This document shows, piece after piece, positions 11,126 to 20,409 of a stretch of 64,000 bases of DNA (positions are counted from its first letter, which is position 1; each line of letters starts with the position of its first letter). Below the pieces are notes generated by a model. The model was not told where the DNA came from. It made no database searches and worked only from the letters and a program-made list of their open reading frames with translations. The translations under genes and the position numbers were made by a program. Location of the stretch: positions 347 through 64,346 of the forward strand of contig LCQK01000002.1 of assembly GCA_001004105.1 (NCBI GenBank), read 5' to 3'. Source of the DNA: Candidatus Jorgensenbacteria bacterium GW2011_GWB1_50_10 (lineage in GTDB: Bacteria; Patescibacteriota; Minisyncoccia; UBA6257; GWB1-50-10).

Positions 11126-11611
11126 ATGAAAAGCATAAGAGAACATATCAAAAAAATGGTGGTGAACGTCGGCTTGGGCAAGTTTCGGAACCTTTCCAGT
11201 TTCGAGGATAAGGTTTTGCCCGAGGTTGTAAAAGAAATCGCCCTCATTACCGGCCAGAAGCCTTCTTATCGGCCGGCTAAAAAATCCATCGCCGGTTTCA
11301 AGACGAGGCAAGGCGACACCATTGGTTTGCAGGTGACACTCCGGGGTAAGCGGATGGAGGATTTCTTTGCGCGGCTTATTAATTTCGTTCTGCCCCGCGT
11401 AAAAGACTTCCGGGGATTGGATGTGAGGAATGTCGACCACGACGGCAACTTGAACATTGGTTTTAAGGACCAATTCGTTTTTCCGGAGATAGTTCCCGAA
11501 AAGGCATCGGTCAATTTCGGCCTGCAGGTGACGTTTGTTACGGATTTGAAGAACCGCGAAAAAGCGATTGATTTCTACCGGAGGGTTTTGGTACCCTTAA
11601 AAAACAAATAA
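11126..11611 (+). CDS. rplE: 50S ribosomal protein L5 (short N-terminus)
   Basis: [28 protein letters not shown]. Confidence 0.97.
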   Translation: MKSIREHIKKMVVNVGLGKFRNLSSFEDKVLPEVVKEIALITGQKPSYRPAKKSIAGFKTRQGDTIGLQVTLRGKRMEDFFARLINFVLPRVKDFRGLDVRNVDHDGNLNIGFKDQFVFPEIVPEKASVNFGLQVTFVTDLKNREKAIDFYRRVLVPLKNK

Positions 11612-11621
11612 ATCAAAATTC

Positions 11622-11807
11622 ATGGCTAAAACTTCCGTAAGGGCCAGAGCCCGCAAAAAACCCAAATTCTCAAGCCGCACCGTGCGGCGCTGTTTCCGCT
11701 GCGGCCGGAGGCGGAGCTACATGCGCGATTTCAACATGTGCCGAATCTGTTTTCGGGAAATGGCCGGCCGCGGAGAAATTCCCGGCGTGAAAAAAGCTAG
11801 CTGGTAA
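11622..11807 (+). CDS. rpsN: 30S ribosomal protein S14, zinc-binding type Z
   Basis: 61 aa, CFRC and [12 protein letters not shown]. Confidence 0.97.
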   Translation: MAKTSVRARARKKPKFSSRTVRRCFRCGRRRSYMRDFNMCRICFREMAGRGEIPGVKKASW

Positions 11808-11817
11808 TAGAACTTAT

Positions 11818-12189
11818 ATGTACATAAATTTACTGATTAGAATCAAAAACGCGAAGATGGCTGGTTTGGAAACGGTCAAGGCTCCTTACACCAAAAACGA
11901 CGAAGCGGTTGCCCTGCTTCTCAAGCGTTTCGGATTTATCAAAGACATCGAGATTAAGGGGCGGTCTTTCAAAAAAGTAATGGAAATCGATTTGGAGGAA
12001 GCAAGACCGCTTGAAGGTCTGAAATTCTTGAGCCGGCCCTCGCTCCGGCGTTACGGCAAATGCCGCGATTTCCGGAGGGTTAAAAGCGGCCGTGGACTCC
12101 TTATCGTTTCCACGCCCAAAGGAATTTTGACCGGCGAGGACGCCAAAAAAGCCAAAGTCGGCGGCGAACTGCTTTTTGAAATCTGGTAA
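11818..12189 (+). CDS. rpsH: 30S ribosomal protein S8
   Basis: SRPSLRRY, IVSTPKGILT, VGGELLFEIW. Confidence 0.97.
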   Translation: MYINLLIRIKNAKMAGLETVKAPYTKNDEAVALLLKRFGFIKDIEIKGRSFKKVMEIDLEEARPLEGLKFLSRPSLRRYGKCRDFRRVKSGRGLLIVSTPKGILTGEDAKKAKVGGELLFEIW

Positions 12190-12194
12190 AAATC

Positions 12195-12752
12195 ATGTCT
12201 AAAATCGGCAAGCAAAAAATTGTCATTCCGGAGGGCGTTGAAGTCGCGGTAGGCGACGATTTCGTCATTTTAAAGAAAGACAAGAACGAATTGAAAGTAA
12301 TCCGGCTTCCGGGAGTGGTGATTTCCTACGATGCCGCGAAAAAGGAACTCGTTTTTTCGCTCGTGAACGTCACCAAGCAGACTAAGAGTAATTGGGGCAC
12401 GGAGCGGTCGCTCGTTTGGAACGCCGTCCAGGGTCTCACGAAAGGATTCGAAAAAACTTTGGTTTTGGAAGGGGTGGGCTACCGCATCACTAAAACCGGC
12501 GAAGATCTGGAGATGAACCTTGGTTTTTCGCATCCCGTCCGCTACAAGGCGTGCCCTGGCATCCAGTTTGAGGTCATCAAGAACACGACCTTGAAAATCC
12601 GGGGCGTGAATAAGGAAGTAGTGGGGCAGGTTGCCGCCGAAATCCGGGCTCTCAAAAAACCCGAGCCCTACAAGGGCAAGGGTTTCCACTATGAGGGCGA
12701 GGTCATCCGCCGCAAGGCCGGCAAGAAAGCGGTTGCTACAAGCGGCGCCTAA
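12195..12752 (+). CDS. rplF: 50S ribosomal protein L6
   Basis: [26 protein letters not shown]. Confidence 0.98.
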   Translation: MSKIGKQKIVIPEGVEVAVGDDFVILKKDKNELKVIRLPGVVISYDAAKKELVFSLVNVTKQTKSNWGTERSLVWNAVQGLTKGFEKTLVLEGVGYRITKTGEDLEMNLGFSHPVRYKACPGIQFEVIKNTTLKIRGVNKEVVGQVAAEIRALKKPEPYKGKGFHYEGEVIRRKAGKKAVATSGA

Positions 12753-12763
12753 CAAAAATTAAT

Positions 12764-13129
12764 ATGACGGGAAATAAATCTTTAAACAAATTAAGAACAA
12801 GGCGGGGGAGAAGAGTACGGTTCAAGGTAAGAGGCGTTTCTCTGCGGCCCCGGCTTTCGGTTTTCCGGGCGAACCGCCACATTTACGCCCAAATCATAGA
12901 TGACTTAAAACAAAAGACGCTCGTTTCCGCCTCCTCCCTGGAACTTATGAAAAAATCCAAGACAAAAATCCCGAAAACCAAAATCGCCGGGGTAGTGGGC
13001 GAACTTCTTGCGGAGAAAGCCAAGGTCATGAAAATCAAAGCGGTTGTTTTCGACCGCGGCGCTTACCGCTATCACGGTCGGGTAAAGGCGCTCGCCGAGG
13101 CGGCGCGGCAGAAAGGTCTGGAGTTTTAA
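12764..13129 (+). CDS. rplR: 50S ribosomal protein L18
   Basis: [34 protein letters not shown]. Confidence 0.98.
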   Translation: MTGNKSLNKLRTRRGRRVRFKVRGVSLRPRLSVFRANRHIYAQIIDDLKQKTLVSASSLELMKKSKTKIPKTKIAGVVGELLAEKAKVMKIKAVVFDRGAYRYHGRVKALAEAARQKGLEF

Positions 13130-13133
13130 ATTT

Positions 13134-13655
13134 ATGAACCAGAATTTCAACAGATTCGGCCGGGGACCGCGGCGGCCGCGGGAAGTCAGCGAATTCAAGG
13201 AAAAAACGCTGGAAATCCGGCGGGTGACGCGGGTCATGGCCGGCGGCAAGCGTTTCAGCTTCCGGGCTTCCGTAGTTTTGGGCGACCTGAAAGGCCGGGT
13301 CGGTTTCGGCGTGGCCAAGGGCTTGGACGTCGCCTCCGCCATTTCGAAGGCCAAGCTCAAGGCGAAGAAAAATATGATTAGAATCCCCTTGAAGGACAAC
13401 CGGACTCTCTACTACGACGTGGAAGCCAAATACGGCGCGGCGGTGGTGCGCCTGAAGCCCGCGAGGTTGAACCACGGCCTTATCGCCGGAGGCGCCGCGA
13501 GGCCGGTCTTGGAACTGGCGGGCGTGAAAGACGTCTCCGCCAAAATCATGGGCCGGACGACCAATAAAATCTCGAACGCAAGGGCGACGCTCGAAGCCCT
13601 GAAGAAAATCAAGGTCCCAGAAAAAAAGCAAGAAAATGCAACTCCACAATCTTAG
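13134..13655 (+). CDS. rpsE: 30S ribosomal protein S5
   Basis: RVTRVMAGGKRFSFRA, GLIAGG, VLELAGVKD. Confidence 0.98.
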   Translation: MNQNFNRFGRGPRRPREVSEFKEKTLEIRRVTRVMAGGKRFSFRASVVLGDLKGRVGFGVAKGLDVASAISKAKLKAKKNMIRIPLKDNRTLYYDVEAKYGAAVVRLKPARLNHGLIAGGAARPVLELAGVKDVSAKIMGRTTNKISNARATLEALKKIKVPEKKQENATPQS

Positions 13656-14052
13656 AAATCCCTTAAAAAGGAAAATCAAAAGAGTTGGGCGGGGCGGCAA
13701 GCGCGGCACTACTTCCGGCCGCGGCCAGAAGGGCCAGAAGGCGCGAGCCGGCCACCGCATTCGGCCGGCCGAACGCGACCTCTTATTGCGGTTGCCGAAA
13801 TTAAGAGGTGTGAAGAACAAGCCCAGAACTGCGCCTTCCCGCGTGATTAACGTGGGCGTTCTGGCGCGCCATGCCGAGGGCGGTGCTGTGAATCCCGACG
13901 TTCTTTTGAAAAAGAATTTCATCAAGGATAAAAGAGAAAGGGTCAAAATCTTAGGCGGCGGCGAATTGAAAAGCGCCTTGAGCGTTTCCGGAATCAGGGT
14001 TTCTGCTTCCGCCAGGGCCAAGATCGAAAAAGCCGGCGGCAGTGTAAAATAG
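13636..14052 (+). CDS. rplO: 50S ribosomal protein L15
   Basis: RVGRGGKRGTTSGRGQKGQKARAG, KIEKAGG. Confidence 0.97.
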   Translation: MQLHNLRNPLKRKIKRVGRGGKRGTTSGRGQKGQKARAGHRIRPAERDLLLRLPKLRGVKNKPRTAPSRVINVGVLARHAEGGAVNPDVLLKKNFIKDKRERVKILGGGELKSALSVSGIRVSASARAKIEKAGGSVK

Positions 14053-14056
14053 GGTT

Positions 14057-15328
14057 ATGGATAAAATCCTTCAGATTTGGCGGATTCCGGATTTGCGGAA
14101 AAAAATCCTGATGGTTTTGCTCTGGCTTTTGGTTTTCCGGGTTTTGGCGGCCATTCCCATTCCGGGAATTGACGCCTTTCGTCTCAACGAATTTTTCTCC
14201 TCCAACCAGCTCTTCGGCTTTTTGAACATTTTCTCCGGCGGCGGCCTTTCCAATTTGTCGGTCGTGATGCTGGGCGTCGGTCCCTACATTACGGCGGTCA
14301 TCATCATGCAACTCCTCACTATTGTTTTTCCCCAGCTCAAAAAGGCCTACTACGAAGAGGGGGCCGAGGGCCGGGCCAAATTCAACCGCTACTCGCGGTG
14401 GCTCACTCTGCCGCTTGCCGCCTTGCAGTCCTACGGATTTTTGAATCTTCTGGCTTCCCGAGAGGTCCTGCCGGCGCTCACCACCACCGGACTTTTAACC
14501 AACGTCGCCATGATTACGGCCGGGAGCATATTCCTCATGTGGATCGGCGAAATCATTTCGGAATATAAAATCGGCAACGGCGTCTCGCTCCTCATCTTTG
14601 CCGGCATTGTAAGCAGCCTGCCGCAATTCATCGTTTCGAGCGTCCTTACGTATACGCCCTCCGTGTTGCCGACCTACATTGCTTTTTTGATTTTGAGCGT
14701 GGTCGTGATTGCCGCCGTCGTCTTCGTAAACGAAGGCGAGCGGAAAATTCCCGTCTCTTACGCCAAACAAGTCCGCGGCAACCGCCTTTACGGGGGCGTG
14801 GCGACTTATCTGCCGCTCAAGGTGAACCAGGCGGGCGTGATTCCCATCATTTTTGCGATTTCCATCCTGCTTTTCCCGCAGTTCATCGCCCAGGCCGCTT
14901 CCATTTTCTCGCCGGAATTGTCGCTCAAATTGAACGAAATCGTGGTTAATATTTTCAACAATCTGGTGATTTACAGCGTGATTTACTTCCTCTTGGTCGT
15001 GGTTTTCACTTATTTTTATACCGCCATCACCTTTGACCCGAAGGAGATTTCCAAAAACTTGCAGCGTTCCGGCGGCTTCATTCCGGGCATCCGGCCGGGG
15101 GAAGCGACGGCGGAAGCCATCAGCCAAGTGGTGAGAAAGACCACGATTTTCGGAGCTTTTTTCCTCGGGTTTATCGCTATTCTGCCGAACCTCACCCAGC
15201 TTGTGACGGGAATCCAGACCTTGACCATCGGGGGCACGGCGCTCCTCATTGTCGTTGCCGTTGCGCTTGAAGTGATGAAGCAGATTGAATCGCAACTGAC
15301 GGTGCGCGAATACGAGGGGATTTTGTAA
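14057..15328 (+). CDS. secY: Preprotein translocase subunit SecY
   Basis: LGVGPYITA, GNGVSLLIFAGI, AGVIPIIFA, GGFIPGIRPG; about 10 TM segments. Confidence 0.99.
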   Translation: MDKILQIWRIPDLRKKILMVLLWLLVFRVLAAIPIPGIDAFRLNEFFSSNQLFGFLNIFSGGGLSNLSVVMLGVGPYITAVIIMQLLTIVFPQLKKAYYEEGAEGRAKFNRYSRWLTLPLAALQSYGFLNLLASREVLPALTTTGLLTNVAMITAGSIFLMWIGEIISEYKIGNGVSLLIFAGIVSSLPQFIVSSVLTYTPSVLPTYIAFLILSVVVIAAVVFVNEGERKIPVSYAKQVRGNRLYGGVATYLPLKVNQAGVIPIIFAISILLFPQFIAQAASIFSPELSLKLNEIVVNIFNNLVIYSVIYFLLVVVFTYFYTAITFDPKEISKNLQRSGGFIPGIRPGEATAEAISQVVRKTTIFGAFFLGFIAILPNLTQLVTGIQTLTIGGTALLIVVAVALEVMKQIESQLTVREYEGIL

Positions 15329-15522
15329 ACCTTTTCTTCCCCACGCCAGACGGCTTCGGCTCGGGCGATTTCGTCCCGCTTCGGCGGGACTCAACCCTTC
15401 GCTCGCTTTAGATTCGGTGATATGATGCGTCATATCACCGAATAGCTCGCTCATCCACGACTGCGGTCGGGACTCCGCCGAAGAGTTGAGGGGTAAGTCT
15501 GGCTTTGGGGAAGAAAAGGTTT
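15327..15522. mobile_element. MITE-like / long hairpin element, family B
   Basis: ~26-bp inverted ends AAACCTTTTCTTCCCCACGCCAGAC / GTCTGGCTTTGGGGAAGAAAAGGTTT; internal 14-bp-arm hairpin at 15412-15443; no clear target duplication. Confidence 0.65.
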
Positions 15523-15594
15523 TTAGCTTGTGTAATTTGGATAAAAAACGCCCCGCGACGAACTGTGTCGCGGGGGTGTTGCTTGTTCGGTGCG

Positions 15595-15858
15595 TCAGAG
15601 AGCTACCGCTAAGCCGCCCTCCACTCGGATGGGGCCGAAGCCGTTGATCGCCCGTAGCCAGGTCTTGTCATCATTGACTCGGACCCACAACCACGGAAGC
15701 ACCGTTGGGGTGTAGCGCCACCAGCGTTGGCCGCAAGGGCACGTGAAGAAATTCATTTCGTCGTGTGCGAATGGGTCTTGGTCTTCGTCCGGGTGTACGA
15801 AAGGCCAACGGGAGCTGCTTGCTTCAACTTCTTGGCACCGGCAGTTAGTATTGGGCAT
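15595..15858 (-). CDS. Hypothetical orphan protein with Cys motifs (CRC, CPCG)
   Basis: AGGAG Shine-Dalgarno, TTGACT upstream, hairpin downstream (~15545-15580). Confidence 0.55.
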   Translation of the reverse strand: MPNTNCRCQEVEASSSRWPFVHPDEDQDPFAHDEMNFFTCPCGQRWWRYTPTVLPWLWVRVNDDKTWLRAINGFGPIRVEGGLAVAL

Positions 15859-15975
15859 CAGTGCTCCTTTTGGTGTGTGGTCAAAATCTATTGGTCAACT
15901 TGAAACACAATATTATAATTCAGTTTTTTAGTCAATTTGAAGCATTCTAAGTTAATAATTGCTACAATAAACTTA

Positions 15976-16659
15976 ATGTCTAAACAAGCAGTTGTAATTT
16001 ATGGCCCTCCGGGTTCTGGCAAGGGGACGCAGGCGGAACTCCTGGAGAGCAAATACAGTTTCATTCATTTTGACACCGGCAAGTATATTGAGTCGCTGGT
16101 TCATGACCCGGAACTCCGGAAAAATTCGCTTATTAAGCGAGAGAAAAAATTGTTTGATAGTGGAACACTTAACACGCCGGCTTGGGTGCTTAGCATCGTA
16201 AAAGATGCGACGATTAAAATCGCCCGCGCGGGCTACAGCATAATTTTCAGCGGTTCGCCGAGAACGCTTTTTGAAGCGTTGGGCGACAGGAGCCACGGCG
16301 GGCTTTTGGCGGCGCTCATTAATCTTTTTGGTCGTAGAAACATCACTATTCTCAAGCTCTCTGTCCGGCCGCAAACTTCCATCAAAAGGAATTCCAGCCG
16401 GCTTGTTTGCTCCGTTTGCGGCTTGCCGATTCTTGCGGCCTCCAAGATTAAAAATTGCGCTTTGTGCGGCGCACCCGCCCGGAAAAGGATTTTTGACAAT
16501 CCGAAGCTCATTAAAGTGCGGTTGAAGCAATACGAAGACCGCACCTTGCCGATTATTCAGAAAGCGAAAAAATTGGGTTTGAAAGTCGTGCAGATAAACG
16601 GCGAGCCCGCACCTTACAAAGTCCACGCGAGTGTTATCAGAGCTTTGAAATTAAAGTGA
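15976..16659 (+). CDS. adk: Adenylate kinase family nucleoside monophosphate kinase
   Basis: GPPGSGKGTQ P-loop, Zn-lid CSVC and CALC; between secY and map; start placed at ATG 15976. Confidence 0.85.
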   Translation: MSKQAVVIYGPPGSGKGTQAELLESKYSFIHFDTGKYIESLVHDPELRKNSLIKREKKLFDSGTLNTPAWVLSIVKDATIKIARAGYSIIFSGSPRTLFEALGDRSHGGLLAALINLFGRRNITILKLSVRPQTSIKRNSSRLVCSVCGLPILAASKIKNCALCGAPARKRIFDNPKLIKVRLKQYEDRTLPIIQKAKKLGLKVVQINGEPAPYKVHASVIRALKLK

Positions 16660-17423
16660 AGATCAGATTAAAGAACGAAAAAGACCTGCAAGCTTTGAGG
16701 CAGTCGGGGCTCATTCTCGCCTCTGTTTTGGAACTTTTGAAAGACACGGCCAGAGTCGGCGTGAAGTTGTCGCATTTGGATGAGCTCGCGCGCCGTCTTA
16801 TTGAAGAGGCGGGCGGCAAGCCCGCGTTTCTTGGTTACCGGCCGGAGGGGGCTCTAAAGCCCTACCCTGCCTCTATTTGCACATCCGTAAACGAAACACT
16901 GGTGCATGGTTTGCCTACGAACTATATTTTGAAATCTGGCGATGTTTTGAAGCTTGATGCGGGCGTAAATTACAAGGGATATTTCACCGATGCGGCGATT
17001 ACCGTCCCGATGGGCGAGGTTTCCAGTGAGGCGAAAAAGCTCATTCAGACGACTAAAGAAGCCCTGGAAAAAGGTATTGAGGCCTGTGTGCCTGGTAACC
17101 GCTCTGGCGATATCGGCCACGCTATAGAGAGTGTTGTTAAGAAACATGGGTTCGCGGTCATTCAAAATCTCACCGGTCACGGCGTGGGTTTTGCGCTCCA
17201 CGAGGAGCCGGACATTTACAACTTCGGCGAGAAGGGGAAGGGAATAGTTTTGGAGCCGGGGATGGTGCTCGCAATTGAGCCGATGGTGGCCGTGAAATCT
17301 TCGCGGGTGTTGCAAAAAGAAGACGACAGTTTTGTGACCGAAAAAGGCGACTTATCCGCCCACTTTGAGCATACGGTGGCGATAACCGAGAAAGGACCGG
17401 AAATCCTTACTCGGTTGGTTTAA
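16656..17423 (+). CDS. map: Methionine aminopeptidase type I
   Basis: ICTSVNETLVHGLP, TGHGVG, HEEP, AIEPM, SAHFEHT. Confidence 0.98.
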   Translation: MKIRLKNEKDLQALRQSGLILASVLELLKDTARVGVKLSHLDELARRLIEEAGGKPAFLGYRPEGALKPYPASICTSVNETLVHGLPTNYILKSGDVLKLDAGVNYKGYFTDAAITVPMGEVSSEAKKLIQTTKEALEKGIEACVPGNRSGDIGHAIESVVKKHGFAVIQNLTGHGVGFALHEEPDIYNFGEKGKGIVLEPGMVLAIEPMVAVKSSRVLQKEDDSFVTEKGDLSAHFEHTVAITEKGPEILTRLV

Positions 17424-17472
17424 TTTCCGGTTTTTTATCAGGAAGCAAGTAGGAAGCAAAGCGATAAATTAT

Positions 17473-17496
17473 GTCAGTATGACATGTCATACTGAC
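17473..17496. repeat. Perfect 24-bp palindrome just past the stop of TrpR-like gene 1
   Basis: GTCAGTATGACATGTCATACTGAC. Confidence 0.9.
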
Positions 17497-17498
17497 TA

Positions 17499-17915
17499 TC
17501 ACAACGAAGGGTGCAGGTAGACTTTCCCGTACTTGGTGCGTCGGTATCTTCGATAGGGTTTCTTTTTGGAAGGGTGGCGGCTCCATACTTTCTTTTTCCG
17601 CTCTGTTTTACCTCGTTCCCGGTAGCTCTTGTAATTCCTTTCTTTGATAGCTTTTCTTATGCTATTTATGGTTTGCCGGGAAATTAGGAGTCCTCTTGAG
17701 ATTTGCTGCGGCCTCTTCCCTGAATTTACAAATTCTGCCACCGCGGCGCGCATGACTATATTGCGGCGCTCATTGGCGGTGACGAGTGTTTCCAAAAATT
17801 TTCCGGATTTGGTTATTCTGTCCCAGCAAGCTTTCTCCCAATCTTTACGTGAAGAATATTCACTTCTCGGCGGCAATAAGAACGAACCCGCGCCCATATT
17901 GTTGATTTTAGCCAT
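17499..17915 (-). CDS. TrpR/YerC-YecD-like helix-turn-helix protein, paralog 1
   Basis: LETLVTANERRNIVMRAAV ... SGKRPQQISRGLLISRQTI resembles the TrpR/YerC pattern; basic tail; start placed at ATG 17915. Confidence 0.65.
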   Translation of the reverse strand: MAKINNMGAGSFLLPPRSEYSSRKDWEKACWDRITKSGKFLETLVTANERRNIVMRAAVAEFVNSGKRPQQISRGLLISRQTINSIRKAIKERNYKSYRERGKTERKKKVWSRHPSKKKPYRRYRRTKYGKVYLHPSL

Positions 17916-17942
17916 AAACAAGTTAAGTTTAACATATTTAAT

Positions 17943-17958
17943 GTATGACATGTCATAC
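17943..17958. repeat. Perfect 16-bp palindrome upstream of TrpR-like gene 1
   Basis: GTATGACATGTCATAC, identical to the core of 17473-17496. Confidence 0.9.
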
Positions 17959-18087
17959 TACCACTCTGTCTACTGTGAGGGGTTATTGATTTTTGGTCGG
18001 GGATAAACTATAACGATTTTAGTCCATTCCACCGTCGCTGATACGGGATTCGTCCTGTGGCGACACTACCAAGAGAGGAGCCTGACA

Positions 18088-18702
18088 ATGGATTCGTCCA
18101 ACAGGGTTCAGCTTTTAACCGAGGGTTTGCAAGTCAACCCCGGCGACCTATCGCCCGAAGAGCGGGTTAGAGTCATGAGGTACTGGATTAACGGGGGACG
18201 CACCTATTTCCAGTATCTTCCCACATTTCGTCCTCTCCGCGATAGGATAGGTTCTTCACAGGAGTCTGACCGGACAAGAAGGCCGGTCGGTGACAACGTC
18301 GTCAATCTTGAGTTTAAAGAAAATGCTTGGGGTGGCGGCGTTGATAGTCGTCTCAGAGTTGCCGACATCAAGCGTCTTCAGTACTCACTAGACGGTAACA
18401 TCGAACTCAGGACGACTATCCTTCTCAGTGAGCGGGGTCTTTTCTTACTCGAGCAGATGAGGTTGGAACTCACACGAGTAGATGGCTTTATACATGAAAC
18501 CCTTCGTGGCTACACAGGGCGCTTGCTCTGTGACGCCGACGTTGTCCAGCACGAGAGCACGAGCTCGTTCTTCGAGGAGACTCTCCGCATCATCGTGGAG
18601 AGCATGCGGCGTGCGGGTCAGGATAAAGTCGACTGGGGTAAGGTGTTGCTGTACAGAGCGGACCAGATGCAAGAGCGACTCGGCACAGCAGTGAGGTGGT
18701 AA
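18088..18702 (+). CDS. Hypothetical orphan protein
   Basis: 204-aa ORF, GAGGAG Shine-Dalgarno, terminator-like hairpin at ~18715-18757. Confidence 0.7.
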   Translation: MDSSNRVQLLTEGLQVNPGDLSPEERVRVMRYWINGGRTYFQYLPTFRPLRDRIGSSQESDRTRRPVGDNVVNLEFKENAWGGGVDSRLRVADIKRLQYSLDGNIELRTTILLSERGLFLLEQMRLELTRVDGFIHETLRGYTGRLLCDADVVQHESTSSFFEETLRIIVESMRRAGQDKVDWGKVLLYRADQMQERLGTAVRW

Positions 18703-18796
18703 GCGTAGGTAGCGACGGGGCTCGGGAGAGCAAAACTCCCGGGCCCTGTTTGTTTTTATAATTCCTCGGGCCGGCGTTTTGGGTTTTGTTTTCTCC

Positions 18797-18824
18797 ATTC
18801 GCCAATTCGCGCGAATTGGCGAAT
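18797..18824. repeat. Perfect 28-bp palindrome, ATTCGCGCGAAT core
   Basis: ATTCGCCAATTCGCGCGAATTGGCGAAT; same core at 42695-42732. Confidence 0.85.
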
Positions 18825-18919
18825 AGTCGCTTTTACCGTTCCGGGAACTTTCCGGGATGGGGTTGGTGGGGGGTTATTAAGCAGTTGGATTTTTGGTTTT
18901 ATTTCTAATATAAATAGAT

Positions 18920-19140
18920 TGACGGTCGTCGGTTAAGTCCGACCTCTGGGTTATGGGTAGCTTGGAATCTGCCCGTTATCAACGAGACCGCCTTCTGCCC
19001 CCATTACCCCGGTTGCGGGGTTATAATCCGAGGAAATCTCCGTCCAAAGGAAAACAAAGGGGAATCGGAGCTCTCAATCGGCCAAGCGATAGAGGGGTAG
19101 CCTAACGCCTTGGTCCAGAAAATCGGACCAAGGCGTTGCT
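18920..19140 (+). ncRNA. Candidate structured ncRNA of unknown class
   Basis: Several nested stems, ends in a 13-bp-arm hairpin at 19104-19137; no ORF of 60 aa or more. Confidence 0.35.
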
Positions 19141-19241
19141 CATTTTCATTTCATCGGGCCGGCGTTTTGGGTTTTTAAAATGCGAACAGCCCCGAAAATT
19201 TCTCGGGGCCGTTTGGCGCAGTAACTGCTCCGTCGCGGGGT

Positions 19242-19472
19242 TCAAAAGAGCAGTTCTTTTACTAGTTGGTCGTTCTGGGCGACCATGATTTTGTTACCTT
19301 GGGCGCGCTCGTCGAGCAGGTGCTCGTAGATGCGAAGGGCGTTGCGTACTAATTCGGCGAAAGTGATGGCATCAGATTTTGCCTTGACGTCTTTCAAGCG
19401 CTTGTAGGTTTCATTTGAAAACTGGAACTGCAACCGATGCCCCGCCGACCGTCCTTTTCGAGCCCTTTTCAT
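19242..19472 (-). CDS. Small ribbon-helix-helix-like DNA-binding protein
   Basis: RLQFQFSNETYKRLKDVK...FAELVRNALRIY beta-alpha-alpha pattern; GGGAG before ATG 19472. Confidence 0.6.
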   Translation of the reverse strand: MKRARKGRSAGHRLQFQFSNETYKRLKDVKAKSDAITFAELVRNALRIYEHLLDERAQGNKIMVAQNDQLVKELLF

Positions 19473-19578
19473 TATTAGCTCCCGTGATTTGTGTGCCAAA
19501 TCCAGCGTGCCACAGGTTCTTTTAAGAGTCAAATAAATGAACCTTCAACACTAGAAATTTTATAAATTTCCATACTAA

Positions 19579-19812
19579 CTAAGAAGTGGTCTCAATTTTA
19601 ATAAAATCTATTTTATATTGACGTTCTTTAGATGGGTCAAGATGAATTCCTGAATAAGTCCATCCTGGAATATCAGCAACAAAGCTAGTAACTTCTTTAC
19701 AATCAAATGTCGCGACAATAAAATCATCCTTTGGGTTAGGAAAAATAATATTAGTACAACCCATTTTCTCTAAAGCCTCTTTAATTTTCATTAAGATATC
19801 GTTTTTATCCAT
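19579..19812 (-). CDS. Hypothetical protein, AT-rich
   Basis: 77-aa ORF 5 bp downstream of the ClpP-like gene. Confidence 0.65.
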   Translation of the reverse strand: MDKNDILMKIKEALEKMGCTNIIFPNPKDDFIVATFDCKEVTSFVADIPGWTYSGIHLDPSKERQYKIDFIKIETTS

Positions 19813-19817
19813 ATTTT

Positions 19818-20363
19818 TTAGTTAATAATTACTATATCTTCTCTTAATACTCCTTTCGGTGGTATTTCTAGATGATTGATGGCTTGCACAATCCCACATT
19901 GAAGTGCTTGTTGTGCAGTAATACTTGTTCCGGTTTTCATCATGTTTTGAACTTTTTGAAGATCTAAACTGCAATTCTCGGAAATAAAATAAGCTATACG
20001 AGTACTCTCTGTTTTTACTGCTAAAAGTTGTTCATTAAGTCCCTTCTCGTCAAATATACCTTGTGTTGTCGCTCCATGCATATAGAATTTTGCATAAGAT
20101 TCTGCCGTTCTCTCTTTTGCGGAAAGATATATCACATTCGCAATAGAATCAATATTATTAGTAGCATGGATAGAAATGGGAATTTTGCAATTTTGAATAA
20201 CAGAAGCTAACGTGAATCCTTCCTGCGTACTCCCTCCTAATGAAGAAAACAATAAAATAATTTTTTTAGCACCTTGTTGAGTAGCGTTATTAACTGCGTT
20301 TAGCAATCTATTACCAAAACCCTGTTCAATTATCCCAGCGAAAACGATATAATAATCCATCAC
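19818..20363 (-). CDS. ClpP/crotonase-fold protease-like protein
   Basis: FSSLGG, DSIA (catalytic Ser position), FYMHG (His), ITAQQALQCGIV. Confidence 0.8.
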   Translation of the reverse strand: MMDYYIVFAGIIEQGFGNRLLNAVNNATQQGAKKIILLFSSLGGSTQEGFTLASVIQNCKIPISIHATNNIDSIANVIYLSAKERTAESYAKFYMHGATTQGIFDEKGLNEQLLAVKTESTRIAYFISENCSLDLQKVQNMMKTGTSITAQQALQCGIVQAINHLEIPPKGVLREDIVIIN

Positions 20364-20409
20364 GGTTAAATTATATGTATAAATTTATTTTAAAGATACC
20401 CAACCTTCT

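Larger units (their letters stand above)
18766..19175. repeat. 22-bp direct repeats bracketing a structured non-coding segment
   Basis: TCGGGCCGGCGTTTTGGGTTTT at 18766-18787 and 19154-19175. Confidence 0.8.

Noticed and set aside
275..15454. Long antisense and alternative-frame ORFs over ribosomal genes and secY (e.g. 10466-11473, 13035-14021, 14495-15454)
   Set aside because: They are shadows of conserved genes and contain no recognisable motifs.
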